Origin: Azolla caroliniana | Lineage: Eukaryota > Plantae > Polypodiophyta | Direction of reading: 5' to 3' | DNA: 14,398 nt | NCBI GenBank assembly: GCA_043228905.1 | Contig: JBHGNT010000869.1 | Location: 1 to 14,398, forward strand | Part shown: positions 1 to 9,348 of the stretch, in pieces | How the letters are laid out: every line of letters starts with the position of its first letter | How positions within the stretch are numbered: position 1 is the stretch's first letter | Program-made: the position numbers and the translations under genes | The notes under the pieces: generated by a model | What the model saw: the letters and a program-made list of their open reading frames with translations, nothing else | Told to the model about the DNA's origin: nothing | Databases searched by the model: none

Positions 1-58
1 CCAGTTTGATAGACCTATATTTTTGTAATTTTATCCCAACGACATCTTACTACCGTAA

Positions 59-89
59 GTCCGAAACGTGTTTTCAACACGTTTCGGAC
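59..89. repeat. Perfect 14-bp inverted repeat with a 3-nt loop
   Basis: GTCCGAAACGTGTT (59-72), loop TTC, AACACGTTTCGGAC (76-89). Confidence 0.9.
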
Positions 90-325
90 GTAATCTCGGT
101 CTGTGACACATTTCGTCCGACTTTGGAACTGTCGCTAGATGTCTCTGTCTCGCCTTGATTTCTATCGTGATTGGTAGATGGCGCATCAGACCAATTTTTA
201 ACTAAAATAAATTTCCCGGCTATCAAGTAGATAAAACAAATAGTGTATTGTTTTATTAGAGCGCTACAAGGTATTCAACATTTCATAATATCCAGAGAAA
301 AATCAAAGTTTGCTAATTTCTCTGT

Positions 326-336
326 GTTTAAAACAC
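326..336. repeat. Target-site duplication, left copy (GTTTAAAACAC)
   Basis: Identical to 2197-2207 and lies one base from the poly(A)/T tract. Confidence 0.9.
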
Positions 337-2196
337 ATTTTTTTTTTGGTAAGGAGGAAAAATGCAGTTTACGCACACCCAGCACTTTAGATTGTATTGG
401 GTGGTGTGGGGCTCATCTTCTAACAGTTTGCAGTACGTAGGGGTACGAACGTACTGCGTGCAATAACTGTTAAGAAATACCCACTAAAAATCCACCACGC
501 AGAAATGTATTCTTTTATTCTGCTGAAATTGATTACAGGAGGCTTCCTTTTTAACCAAATCTCTAGTTCATTAGCCTTTTTATTACTTCAAGGTAGTGCC
601 TCATGTGATTTTTTGACCTATTTTGGTGCGTTTGTCACTATTTGTGTTTGTTTTGGTTTTGTTTTTCTTCATGTGAGCGGGTTTTGGTGGTGTTGACTTT
701 CTTTGATGATGTCTACCTTTGATGTTAATGTTGATGTTGTTAGACTCCCAACTGTAATTCTGCGGCAGGGACTTGCGGTGGTTAGGGTGCATTCCTAATT
801 ACAAATAAATCCCTGGGCCTCTTATGGTAGTTCGACGCTCTTTCTTTTTCATAAGCTGGATCGTCAGAACTCAGCTTTTGAAGTTCCTTATTCGGTTGGT
901 AAAGTAGTCTTGAGTAGAATTTGTTTGCTTTATTTACAATGAAGTCACTGTGTGGGGTCCATCCGATATCCCTATGAATGTCTACGTTCCTAACGTACCA
1001 TGGGGCATTGACTGACATCCTAAGTGTTTTGTTCTCAGTGGAGACAATTCTGTTGAGGTGGATTTTTGCAGCATAACCCGACACAGTGGATCCATAGTTC
1101 AGAATAAGTCTAATGACTGATTGAATAATTAACTTTTAAAGTTGAATAACTAGTTTTTGACCTTCGACCTATTATCGGAATTAGGTTAGTGATCACTCCA
1201 TTAACTTTTTCCACTTTACCCCTCATATGTCTTCTCCAAGTTAATTTCTTGTCCATTATTAGTCCTAGGTACTTAATTTCATCACACCATTGTAGTTGAA
1301 CATCATCTAGTGTTAGCTGGTTTTCAGGAATTACTCTTCTTTTTTGAAATACTATTGCTTGTGTTTTGTTTGAATTTATTTTAATTTTGTTTATATTACA
1401 CCATCTATGAATTTTGTCTTTCTTGTAATCTGTCTGTAACGACATCTGCTCTTTTACTTTGTGTTAGTATGGCTGTGTCATCGGCATACAATGCTGTCAT
1501 GACATCGTTGGAAACTGGTATATCACTAATATAAATGGAATATAGTATAGGTCCTAGGACAGAGCCTTGAGAGACTCCAGCCATAATTTCCTTAGGGAGT
1601 GAAATGATGTTGCCTATTTTGACCTTGAAGGTTCTGTTGGTAATGAAGCTGTCAACTAGTTTGACTATTTTGGTAGGAAAACCCAGTCTTATCATTTTAA
1701 TTATAAGTCCTGTGTGCCATAATTTATCAAACGCCCTCTCAATGTCTAGGAAACAGGCTGATAAGTTTAGATGAAAATCCTTTTGTGATATATTCTGTAA
1801 TTTTGTAGGCTTGTTGTTCAGCTGAGTGTGCGGCTCTAAATCCAAACTGGAACTGTGGTATGATGTTATTTTCTTCACTAAAGTTGACAATTTTCTTTTT
1901 AATAACTCTCTATTACTTTGCTAATCGTAGGAAGTAACAAGATTGGCCAATAGTTGTCTGGAAAGGTTGGATCCTTTCCTGGCTTTCCAATGACTATGAT
2001 AATCGATTTTTTCCAGTAGTTTGGGAAATAATCGTACTTTATAATTGCATTAGTCAGGTTAGTTATGGCAACTATTAGCTTTTTTGGAAGTTCTTTTAGC
2101 ATTTTGTTGTTGATATTACAATACCCTGGAGCCTTTCTGTTTTTTTAATGTTTTATAATTTTGTGTACCTCCTCTGGAGTGGTGAAGTCCTCAGCA
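337..2196 (-). mobile_element. 5'-truncated Jockey-clade-like non-LTR retrotransposon (RT pseudogene, ~445-nt 3' UTR and poly(A))
   Basis: Minus-strand translation across frameshifts gives TTPEEVHKII..KNRKAPG, WKKSIIIVIGKPGKDP, NYWPILLLP, FLDIERAFDKLWH, GVSQGSVLGPILY, YADD (1477-1488), KYLGLIMDKKLTW and NAPWYVRN. The poly(A) appears as T10 at 338-347. Both ends are flanked by identical GTTTAAAACAC. Confidence 0.95.
782..2196 (-). pseudogene. Frameshifted reverse transcriptase (ORF2 3' part) of the Jockey-like LINE
   Basis: ORF-track fragments 1899-2102, 1405-1890, 1110-1445 and 782-1084 are consecutive pieces of one RT broken by frameshifts and stops. The endonuclease domain is absent because of the 5' truncation. 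Confidence 0.93.
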
Positions 2197-2207
2197 GTTT
2201 AAAACAC
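2197..2207. repeat. Target-site duplication, right copy (GTTTAAAACAC)
   Basis: Identical to 326-336 and located where the RT homology ends. Confidence 0.9.
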
Positions 2208-2454
2208 TGTAGAGGTTTATCGTTGTTAAAACAGAAATCTTGGTTTTAAACAAAAGTTACTAAGGATGGTGTATGATTTTAAGTGAACTTTAAAAATATT
2301 TTTTATGGATATAATTTGAATCGTAAAATGTCTAAAAAAAAATTGATTGGAAAAAAATCGTTGTTTTTAAAATTATATCTGGTGATTGCTTTGGAATAAA
2401 AATGTTTTAAATAATTTTTTAAATTTGGTTTTAAGTTAAATATATAAAATTATA

Positions 2455-2880
2455 GGAGCAATTCTTTGAAAAAATAACTCTTGTTAATGAAGAAGTCAAT
2501 ATTCCAGTTTCTTATAAAAAAGTAAATGTATCTTTAGTAGATAAAACATAATAAAGAAAATAGTTTATCGTATTGAAATTATATTAAAAATGGTGTATTC
2601 GCAACAAAAGTTAAAACATCTAAAAATGTTCCCATATATAAGTAGGGAAGACCCGATCAGCTTAATTTCCATAATAGATGTATTATTTAAAAAACTAGCA
2701 AACATTATAAATACAAATTTTGTCGAATGTGTAAAAAACAATATAGATTTTAGAAAAAAATAACAATTCGAAAGCAATGCAATGAACCCGAACGAATATG
2801 TATCAGGTTTTAATTTACTACAAAAAGAACTTGATACAGTGAACCCAGAACTGTTTTTAAAATCTTTGTATAGTGGCTAA
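2455..2880 (+). pseudogene. Heavily decayed CR1/L2-like RT fragment
   Basis: Plus-strand NGVFATKVKTSKNVPIYK*G (from 2589), PISLIS (from 2653) and QKELDTVNPELFLKSLY (2821-2871). These match the order of the GxFP..K...PIxKxG, RPISLLS and KAFDTVxH.LL.KL motifs. Confidence 0.6.
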
Positions 2881-2959
2881 ATATTATTTTATTCAAATTA
2901 AAAAAATAATAAACATTATATTTAAAATAGTGACATGTTTCGTTTTTTAACACAAAGAA

Positions 2960-3226
2960 AAAATGTTTAACGGGGGAGAATTATGTAAATCGATTTGGTC
3001 ATTTAACAATAACTTTCTAAGAATTTCTAAGTTTATTAATATCTAATGATTCTAGGTAGTTCAAACGGATACCATTATTTTGAAAATGAAGTATATTAAA
3101 ATTATGATTTTCCGAAATAAGGTAGTTAGCATAATTAGAGTCATTTTTGTTGAGTAAAAAAGATTTTTTATGTTCATTTATACGTTTATCAAAAGTTCTA
3201 CCTGTTTGACCTATATACTTTTGATC
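2960..3226 (-). pseudogene. Penelope-like element GIY-YIG endonuclease C-terminal remnant
   Basis: A stop-free minus frame at 3226-3020 reads DQKYIGQTGRTFDKRINEHKKSFLLNKNDSNYANYLISENHNFNILHFQNNGIRLNYLESLDINKLRNS*, then shifts frame to LLNDQIDLHNSP. YIGQTGR..R..EH, NHxF, ILH, LE and LNxQ are typical of PLE endonucleases. Confidence 0.9.
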
Positions 3227-4702
3227 TGTCTTGTGTCTGCGTTAGTGGTTTTAGTATTGTTACCTAAAATTTGCTAACATGAGTTTAATGTTTTGGCCTC
3301 GGTACGAGTAATTTGTACCAATTTAAGATGAAAAATTAAGAATTTTTGCATTGGATATTTGATTAAAATAATTCGATTTTTAGAATCAGATCTCTATTGG
3401 CTCACACGTTATATTTAACATTACCAGCCAAAACAAGAGTCCTTAAGTCCGTTTTATATAATGATAATTATCCGAAAATATAATCTTGAACCAAACAACG
3501 AAAAGAGTTAATTGACAATAAATATAGCAAGATTTCTTAGATATACATTAATGTTATTTTCTAAAAAAAGGATGTAATACTGCTGTTATTTACATAAAAG
3601 ATTTGTTACAGTTACTGTATTTTTTATAATGGTAATGAAAATTGTTGTTTGCATATACTATTTATTAATTTCGGATTGTTGGGTTCACCTATGATATATC
3701 CCCAATTAAACTGCAAAATGGTAAATCAATTAATTTCAACGCATAGATAACTTTCTAATATGTATCTAAATCTTTGGCAAAATCGCTACATGCTCGCCCG
3801 TAAACAAACATACATAAATACGTTGCGTAAAATATTATGTAAACATAAAGCAACAAACAAATTGTAGGCGTGAACCGAACGTATACAGTGTACAATAAAT
3901 ACCGATACCGTATAAGTCAAAAAGGCATTTAAAAAAAGCGCAAGCAACGGATCTTAGCCAGCAGCAAAGCCTATACGAAAAAGGAAATTTTCCAATTATT
4001 AATATGCAACATAGTTATTAAGTCTTAACACGTCACTTACCGAGATAAATGGCTTCGCGAATGGGGTACCGGGAGATTTATGCGCTTTCAATTTGGAAAA
4101 GCGTGTAAGAAGCGTTTAAAACTAATGAATTTTATGATGTTAAGAATTAAATGTGTCGGAATGATCGAAAATTTCATTAATTCGAAACATTATTGCAATG
4201 AATGATGTCTTTATTTAAATATTATATAAAGGTGAAATTATATATAGGTATATTTTCTTTTTAAATTTTTCCGTTTTATTTAAGGCAAAAAATAAACAAA
4301 ATATAGGCACATAAGAAAAATAATCTTTTTTAGAAAGACATATTAGTATAAAAGAACTATTTACATTTTGGTTAAGTAAATACGCGCCCAAAATGAAAAA
4401 ATATTTTTTCATAAAAATATCTCAATATCTTTCTTACTATTTTATATAAAATAACCTCCTTATGGATAAATAAATAAGTCCAAAGTATGCATTCGTTAAA
4501 CTGCCAACATATTATTTTTAATAAAAAACTAAAAATATCTATATATTAATTACTTTCCCATGTTGTCACATATCTCATATGACATATCATTCGTGTGCAC
4601 CTTCACCTAAATCTACGTTTCCTTTCTTTCTACTCAGTCATTATTCATTAATTTTAATTTAAGGGTAGATTGTTTTTTTTTTTAATTTTCAACAATAGTT
4701 TT

Positions 4703-4846
4703 TATCCTGGGCTTCTTGCTACCAGTTAACATCCGCCATCCTTCTTATTTCATCCATACAGAGCAAAGGCTGTATTCCTATTCTTCATTTTCTTCCTCTC
4801 GGTATCCATTTTATATTTGGCGAGCATCTATCGCTAACTTGCCATT
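4703..4846 (-). mobile_element. RTE-clade LINE 3' coding remnant
   Basis: Minus translation SDRCSPNIKWIPRGRK*RIGIQPLLCMDEIRRMADVNW*QEAQDK matches the RTE C-terminal pattern WxPRxxKRxxGRPxxRWxDxI....W...AQDR. Confidence 0.7.
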
Positions 4847-5329
4847 TTATTTTTAATTTTACTTCTATTATATAATTCAAAAAATATCATAGCACTGCAA
4901 CATAAGTATAAAAATCCATAATATCTTCTTCAGTAATTCCACGTTTTAATAATATGCGCCAGTCAAACCTATCTCTTAAATTTTCAGTGAATTACTTTAT
5001 TTGCAATTGTAAAAAATAGTGACATATATTTTATATAAATATATATAATATTATATAAATATTTTGGGTAATATAAAGCAATGGATTAGCAAAAAAAAAC
5101 AGATACATGTATTCCTACATTTTATAAAAACGGATATTTTGTTCTTATGATCAAATACGTCATATATGTCATCACCAAACAAATCATATACTATTTCCAA
5201 TACCAAATATTTTCAGTGCTAATGGCTGAATTAGTGTTCTTTTTTAGGTTCTATAATATGGTTTAATTTTATTACTATCTTTCCATTGGGGAACCTTAAG
5301 TAATATTTAAATTTAACTGATATACTATC

Positions 5330-5756
5330 TCCTCCTTCTTTCAGGTGTGTCTGTGTTGAGGTTGGCGACTACTATGGCAAGTTAGTCTTTAAGTTGGACT
5401 CAATAAATAAGGGTAATTATTTATTTTATTTACTTGACAATATACATAATCCGTATTAAAGGCTTGCCATACAAGCAACCAAGTTGCCTGTGCATACCTA
5501 TGGTTCGTATAGATTTTCCTGATCTCAAACCCAGTGCTAGTTTTTAGGTTGCGCAAGAGCCTCCAGATTAATCTAACGGTTGGTGATGAACAATTTATCT
5601 GGTCCAGGTTTGAATCTATGACCTGCGGCACTAAAGACCGCTACGCTACCGCTAAGCCACCCCACCCCCTAATATTAGCATACATGCTTGTTTAGTCGCA
5701 CATGCTTCTTAGCTAGAGTTTCGATTAAAAATATGGTTTTAGTCTTTACTTTATTT
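5330..5756 (-). mobile_element. Duplicated, further truncated copy of the RTE 3' end plus SINE
   Basis: Same sequence as 7381-7809; the RT homology is cut at the A1/B1 junction. Confidence 0.65.
5414..5669 (-). mobile_element. tRNA-derived SINE (copy 1)
   Basis: On the minus strand: A box TGGCTTAGCGG (5659-5649), degenerate B box GATTCAAACC (5616-5607) 32 nt downstream, an anticodon-like GCGG..CCGC stem between them, a ~190-nt body and a (TAAA)n-like tail. Confidence 0.75.
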
Positions 5757-6973
5757 AATGATTAATTAAAAAGGGTTTGCGGTTGCATTTAACTCAATGG
5801 CAGACTAACGCTATCAAACTTTCTATTTTCGTGTTTTTTTCTGAATTTTTAAATTAATTGGAAATCACTTTCAAGTTACACTAACAGTTTTATGAATTCA
5901 AATAAAGAACCTTACACATGACTTTAGTAAATGGTAAATTTATTTTACATGACACCCACTTTTGAAAAACAACAAAATGCCTAATCAACTCTAAGGATAT
6001 TACAAATTAATGAGGTATTAAAAATGTCAATATAACAAATAACATTAAATGAATTGCAAATAAGGACCACAAGTTAAAATATAAGAACATTAAAACAAAA
6101 TGTGCAAGAGAACCACGCATATATTTTAGGGCCCAAGATCATTACTTGATTGTGCAGTTTAATGCCATCTATATATTATATTCAAATAGTATAAAATTAA
6201 ACCACCTAGGATTTGAAGACTAGGAGCATTAGAAGACTCCTTATTTTAATACTTGAGTTCGAGAGAGCTGATGAGAACTGACATGGTTCGAAACCGGTAG
6301 TAAGATGCTGTACTACCCAGGGCAAATAATTGCTTTAAATAGGTGGTCTTATACTGATTTTGCAGACGTTATATTGGCTCCTGTGCCCTAAAATCCGTAC
6401 GTTTGAGGTTTTAAATATTTTTTTTTATAAATAAATGATTATTAAAAAACGCAAAATGGAACCCTTTAAACAAACGCTATGACTAATGGTGGCGAGGAAT
6501 GAATTATTTACAGAATTTTAGAAGCGACATTTATAAAAAGAATCAATGTGAATAAACAAATACTTTATTAAAATAAGCTACATGCCTTAGTAGCAAGAAT
6601 GTTGGATATGCTAAAGCATGCACGAACTATTTCTTTTGAATAAATATATTAGCAAAGCATTGCAAACTGAGTAAAAATTAAAAAAAATTATTTTATATCA
6701 AACGATCAACGCAAATACAAGTAAACAGTTCAGAGTTTTCTCTGAAAAAAAGTCAAATATTTGTAAGAAGAGAATATATCCAATTAGTTGTTCCAGACCT
6801 CCATTAACTTCTGTGAAGCCAAAATGGAGTTTCTTTGGAACAATATCGAAAAGTTCGGCGTATTTTTACCATTATTGTAAATTAATTATTTGACTTTAAT
6901 TTGCTGCAAATCATGTATTTGACTATTTATATTCCACAGTCTTTATTTGGATAAATTTTTCGAAGATGCCGCA
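5755..6973 (+). repeat. Duplication segment B1 (copy of 9349-10523)
   Basis: Colinear with B2 from TTAATGATTAATTAAAAAGGG to CGAAGA(T/C)GCCGCA. Confidence 0.97.
6268..6299 (+). ncRNA. Minimal type I hammerhead ribozyme core (Penelope/retrozyme type), copy 1
   Basis: CTGATGA-GAACT-GACAT-GGTTC-GAAA-CCGG-TA: both conserved core boxes, a 5-bp stem II (one U.G pair), palindromic ACCGGT in place of stem III, and a GUA cleavage triplet. Stem I is not evident. Confidence 0.75.
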
Positions 6974-7809
6974 TATCTTCTTCAGTAATTCCACGTTTTA
7001 ATAATATGCGCCAGTCAAACCTATCTCTTAAATTTTCAGTGAATTACTTTATTTGCAATTGTAAAAAATTGTGACATATATTTTATATAAATATATATAA
7101 TATTATATAAATATTTTGGGTAATATAAAGCAATGGATTAGCAAAAATAACAGATACATGTATTGCTACATTTTATAAAAACGGATATTTTGTTCTTATG
7201 ATCAAATACGTCATATGTGTCATCACCAAACAAATCATATACTATTTCCAATACCAAATATTTTCAGTGCTAATGGCTGAATTAGTGTTCTTTTTTAGGT
7301 TCTATAATATGGTTTAATTTTATTACTATCTTTCCATTGGGGAACCCCAAGTAATATTTAAATTTAACTGATATACTATATCCTCCTTCTCTCAGGTGTG
7401 TCTGTGTTGAGGTTGGCGACTACTATGGCAAGTTAGTCTTTAAGTTGGACTCAATAAATAAGGGTAATTATTTATTTTATTTATTTGACAATATACATAA
7501 GCCGTATTAAAGGCTTGCCATACAAGCAACCAAGTTGCCTGTGCATACCTATGGTTCGTATAGATTTTTCTGATCTCAAGCCCAGTGCTAGAGTTTTTAG
7601 GTTGCGCAAGAGCCTCCAGATTAATTTAACGGTTGGTGATGAAAAATTTATCCAGTCCAGGTTTGAATCTATGACCTGCGACACTAAAGACCGCTACGCT
7701 ACCGCTAAGCCATCCCACCCACTAATATTAGCATACATGCTTGTTTAGTCGCACATGCTTCTTAGCTAGAGTTTCGATTAAAAATATGGTTTTAGTCTTT
7801 ACTTTATTT
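6973..7809 (+). repeat. Duplication segment A2
   Basis: Direct repeat of 4921-5756. Confidence 0.97.
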
Positions 7810-8340
7810 CTCTCTTACACCATTCTTAAAGTTTTATCCGTTAGAGTGATCATAAATATCTGCAGTGATTTTTTGGGTCCTCTCATGATTACATTGTCGT
7901 TTCTGTATCTTATTTTGTTTATCCCGATATCGTTTACTTTTGCTTCTTCTGGTAGGTCTTTTAGTCATGTTTTAACTTAATACTAGGCATATAAAGTGAA
8001 TAGTAAGTGGAATAGAAGAAACCTTTTGCTAAGTTACCTTTTGATATTATCATAACATGTATTGCCATTTGTTGTGAAATATATACATCCCCAGTGATTC
8101 CAGTATATATTTCAGGTTATCATCATTTTGTTTATATCTAGTCCTATTTCCTTCAAAATATGTATTTATATCTTATGTTAAATAAAACCTTTTTTTGTAG
8201 TCCAGAAATCAAACATATAGGGTTCGTATTACATCCAAGAATATTTTTGCCATGTTATTATAAAAAAAATCTAATTTAAGACCATTTGTAGACTCACAGA
8301 TGCTTTTGAAAAGTCTACGAATGATACAAGAATATTTAAA
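7381..8340 (-). mobile_element. Decayed RTE-clade LINE with internal deletions, interrupted by the SINE
   Basis: Minus translation gives FVDFSKA (~8300-8325), ILKEIGLD...NIYWN (~8095-8160), and INKIRYRND (decayed INNIRYADD) through NKVKTKT (~7790-7925). The 3' end CTTGCCATAGTAGTCGCCAACCTC...GAGAAGGAGGA resembles an RTE terminus with a GAA-type tail (7381-7435). Confidence 0.7.
7465..7722 (-). mobile_element. tRNA-derived SINE (copy 2, produced by the segmental duplication)
   Basis: A box at 7712-7702, B box at 7669-7660, TAAA-rich tail, and the same flanks as copy 1. Confidence 0.75.
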
Positions 8341-8559
8341 ATGGATTGGTATCACGAGCGTATTAATTTAGAGATACCAAAGTCAAAAAGCGTGAAAAAA
8401 TGGCGAACATGTTTGCTTTAGCAAAAGCTCAGAATATGGAACAAGTGCAAAAAAACGCAAAAACAGGCTTTAAGATTTAGACTTAGAAAAAAAACAAGAC
8501 TGGTGAAAAATTGATATAATAGTTATGTACTTTTATATCAATTACTTTTTGCAAGATTG

Positions 8560-8820
8560 GACCCAAGAGGCTGCGCTGCCTCCAAAATATTAACCGCTTC
8601 CAGGAAAGTCATGTTTTGATTAATTCACCTTACGATCAAGCAAATATTTCAAGTGGTGCTTAGAAAAAAAAACAAAACAATTAGGAAAAATTATGCTTTT
8701 ACTGACAAACCTGGTGAAAAATAAAGCGCAAGAGTGCTTAAACCGTTTTTACAAAAAAAAAAAACCTAAAGGACATAAAGCAGGATACAAGGAAAAGGCC
8801 TCATTATAGATCGATGATAA
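8560..8820 (+). pseudogene. Possible CR1/L2 ORF1 C-terminal remnant
   Basis: Across frameshifts it reads FTDKPGEK*SARVLKPFLQK...KGHKA / RIQGKGLIID, resembling the R..L.P.L...R..G.KA.I.G..L.ID end of CR1-type ORF1 proteins. Confidence 0.35.
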
Positions 8821-9019
8821 GCTCCCTGAAAGACAAGCAATTTTTGTAATTTATACAAAACCAAATCATCATATGTAAACAGCAGATGCACACGATACGC
8901 CAGATACGACTCAATTAAAAATAAGTCCCAGCTAAAGGATTTTAAAGGGAAACGAATGCAACATTATAAAATGGTATCAATTCCCTAAGCATTTCATTTT
9001 TTTTATCATTTTAATTTCC

Positions 9020-9260
9020 TAAAACGCCCGTTAATAGCGTCCCCAAAACGCCGCGCTTTATTTACCAGCTCAAAAAAGGCATTTTGAAAATTGAACGGAG
9101 CCCCGATTTTATTTATTATACTTGGGGGCCCCGCGTTTACGGGCCATGACCGTCCGTCCGACGGGGGACTCGTTAATCACTTCGACTTGACAGCGCGAAT
9201 CTTTTTAACCTGAAAAACTTGGTTATTTTATGAAAAGTGCCCGGTCGCATGCATTCATAC
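9020..9260. promoter_or_regulatory. Unique GC/CpG-rich non-coding island (candidate cis-regulatory element)
   Basis: An abrupt rise in GC and CpG interspersed with TTTAT/TTAAT homeodomain-type cores; no ORF or TE motif recognised. Confidence 0.3.
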
Positions 9261-9348
9261 CTTTTTTTTGTGGGTTTCGTTGGGTTTTTTGTTACACGTA
9301 TTTTTCGGTGTTGTTATGGGTAAAAACGGGTAAAAATGTCTAAAGTTG

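Larger units (their letters stand above)
4921..5756 (+). repeat. Duplication segment A1 (copy of 6973-7809)
   Basis: Colinear with A2 from ATATCTTCTTCAG to GTCTTTACTTTATTT, with roughly 20 differences by eye. Confidence 0.97.

Noticed and set aside
43-55. 13-nt reverse-complement match (CGGTAGTAAGATG) to the hammerhead 3' flank at 6295-6307
   Set aside because: It does not extend on either side, and a few 13-mer matches are expected by chance in 14 kb.
243-792. Short ORFs 243-440, 505-696 and 601-792
   Set aside because: They overlap the LINE 3' UTR and poly(A), are low-complexity, and show no recognisable domain.
5024-5065. AT-only quasi-palindromic stretch
   Set aside because: Low-complexity slippage product.
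5600-5669. Functional tRNA gene
   Set aside because: There is no acceptor stem or complete cloverleaf and the B box is degenerate, so it is better explained as a SINE head.
5389-7980. ORFs 5389-5631, 7481-7684, 7485-7748 and 7741-7980
   Set aside because: Chance frames over the SINE or antisense to the RTE remnant. A 2-bp indel between the duplicates changes the frame, showing no coding constraint.
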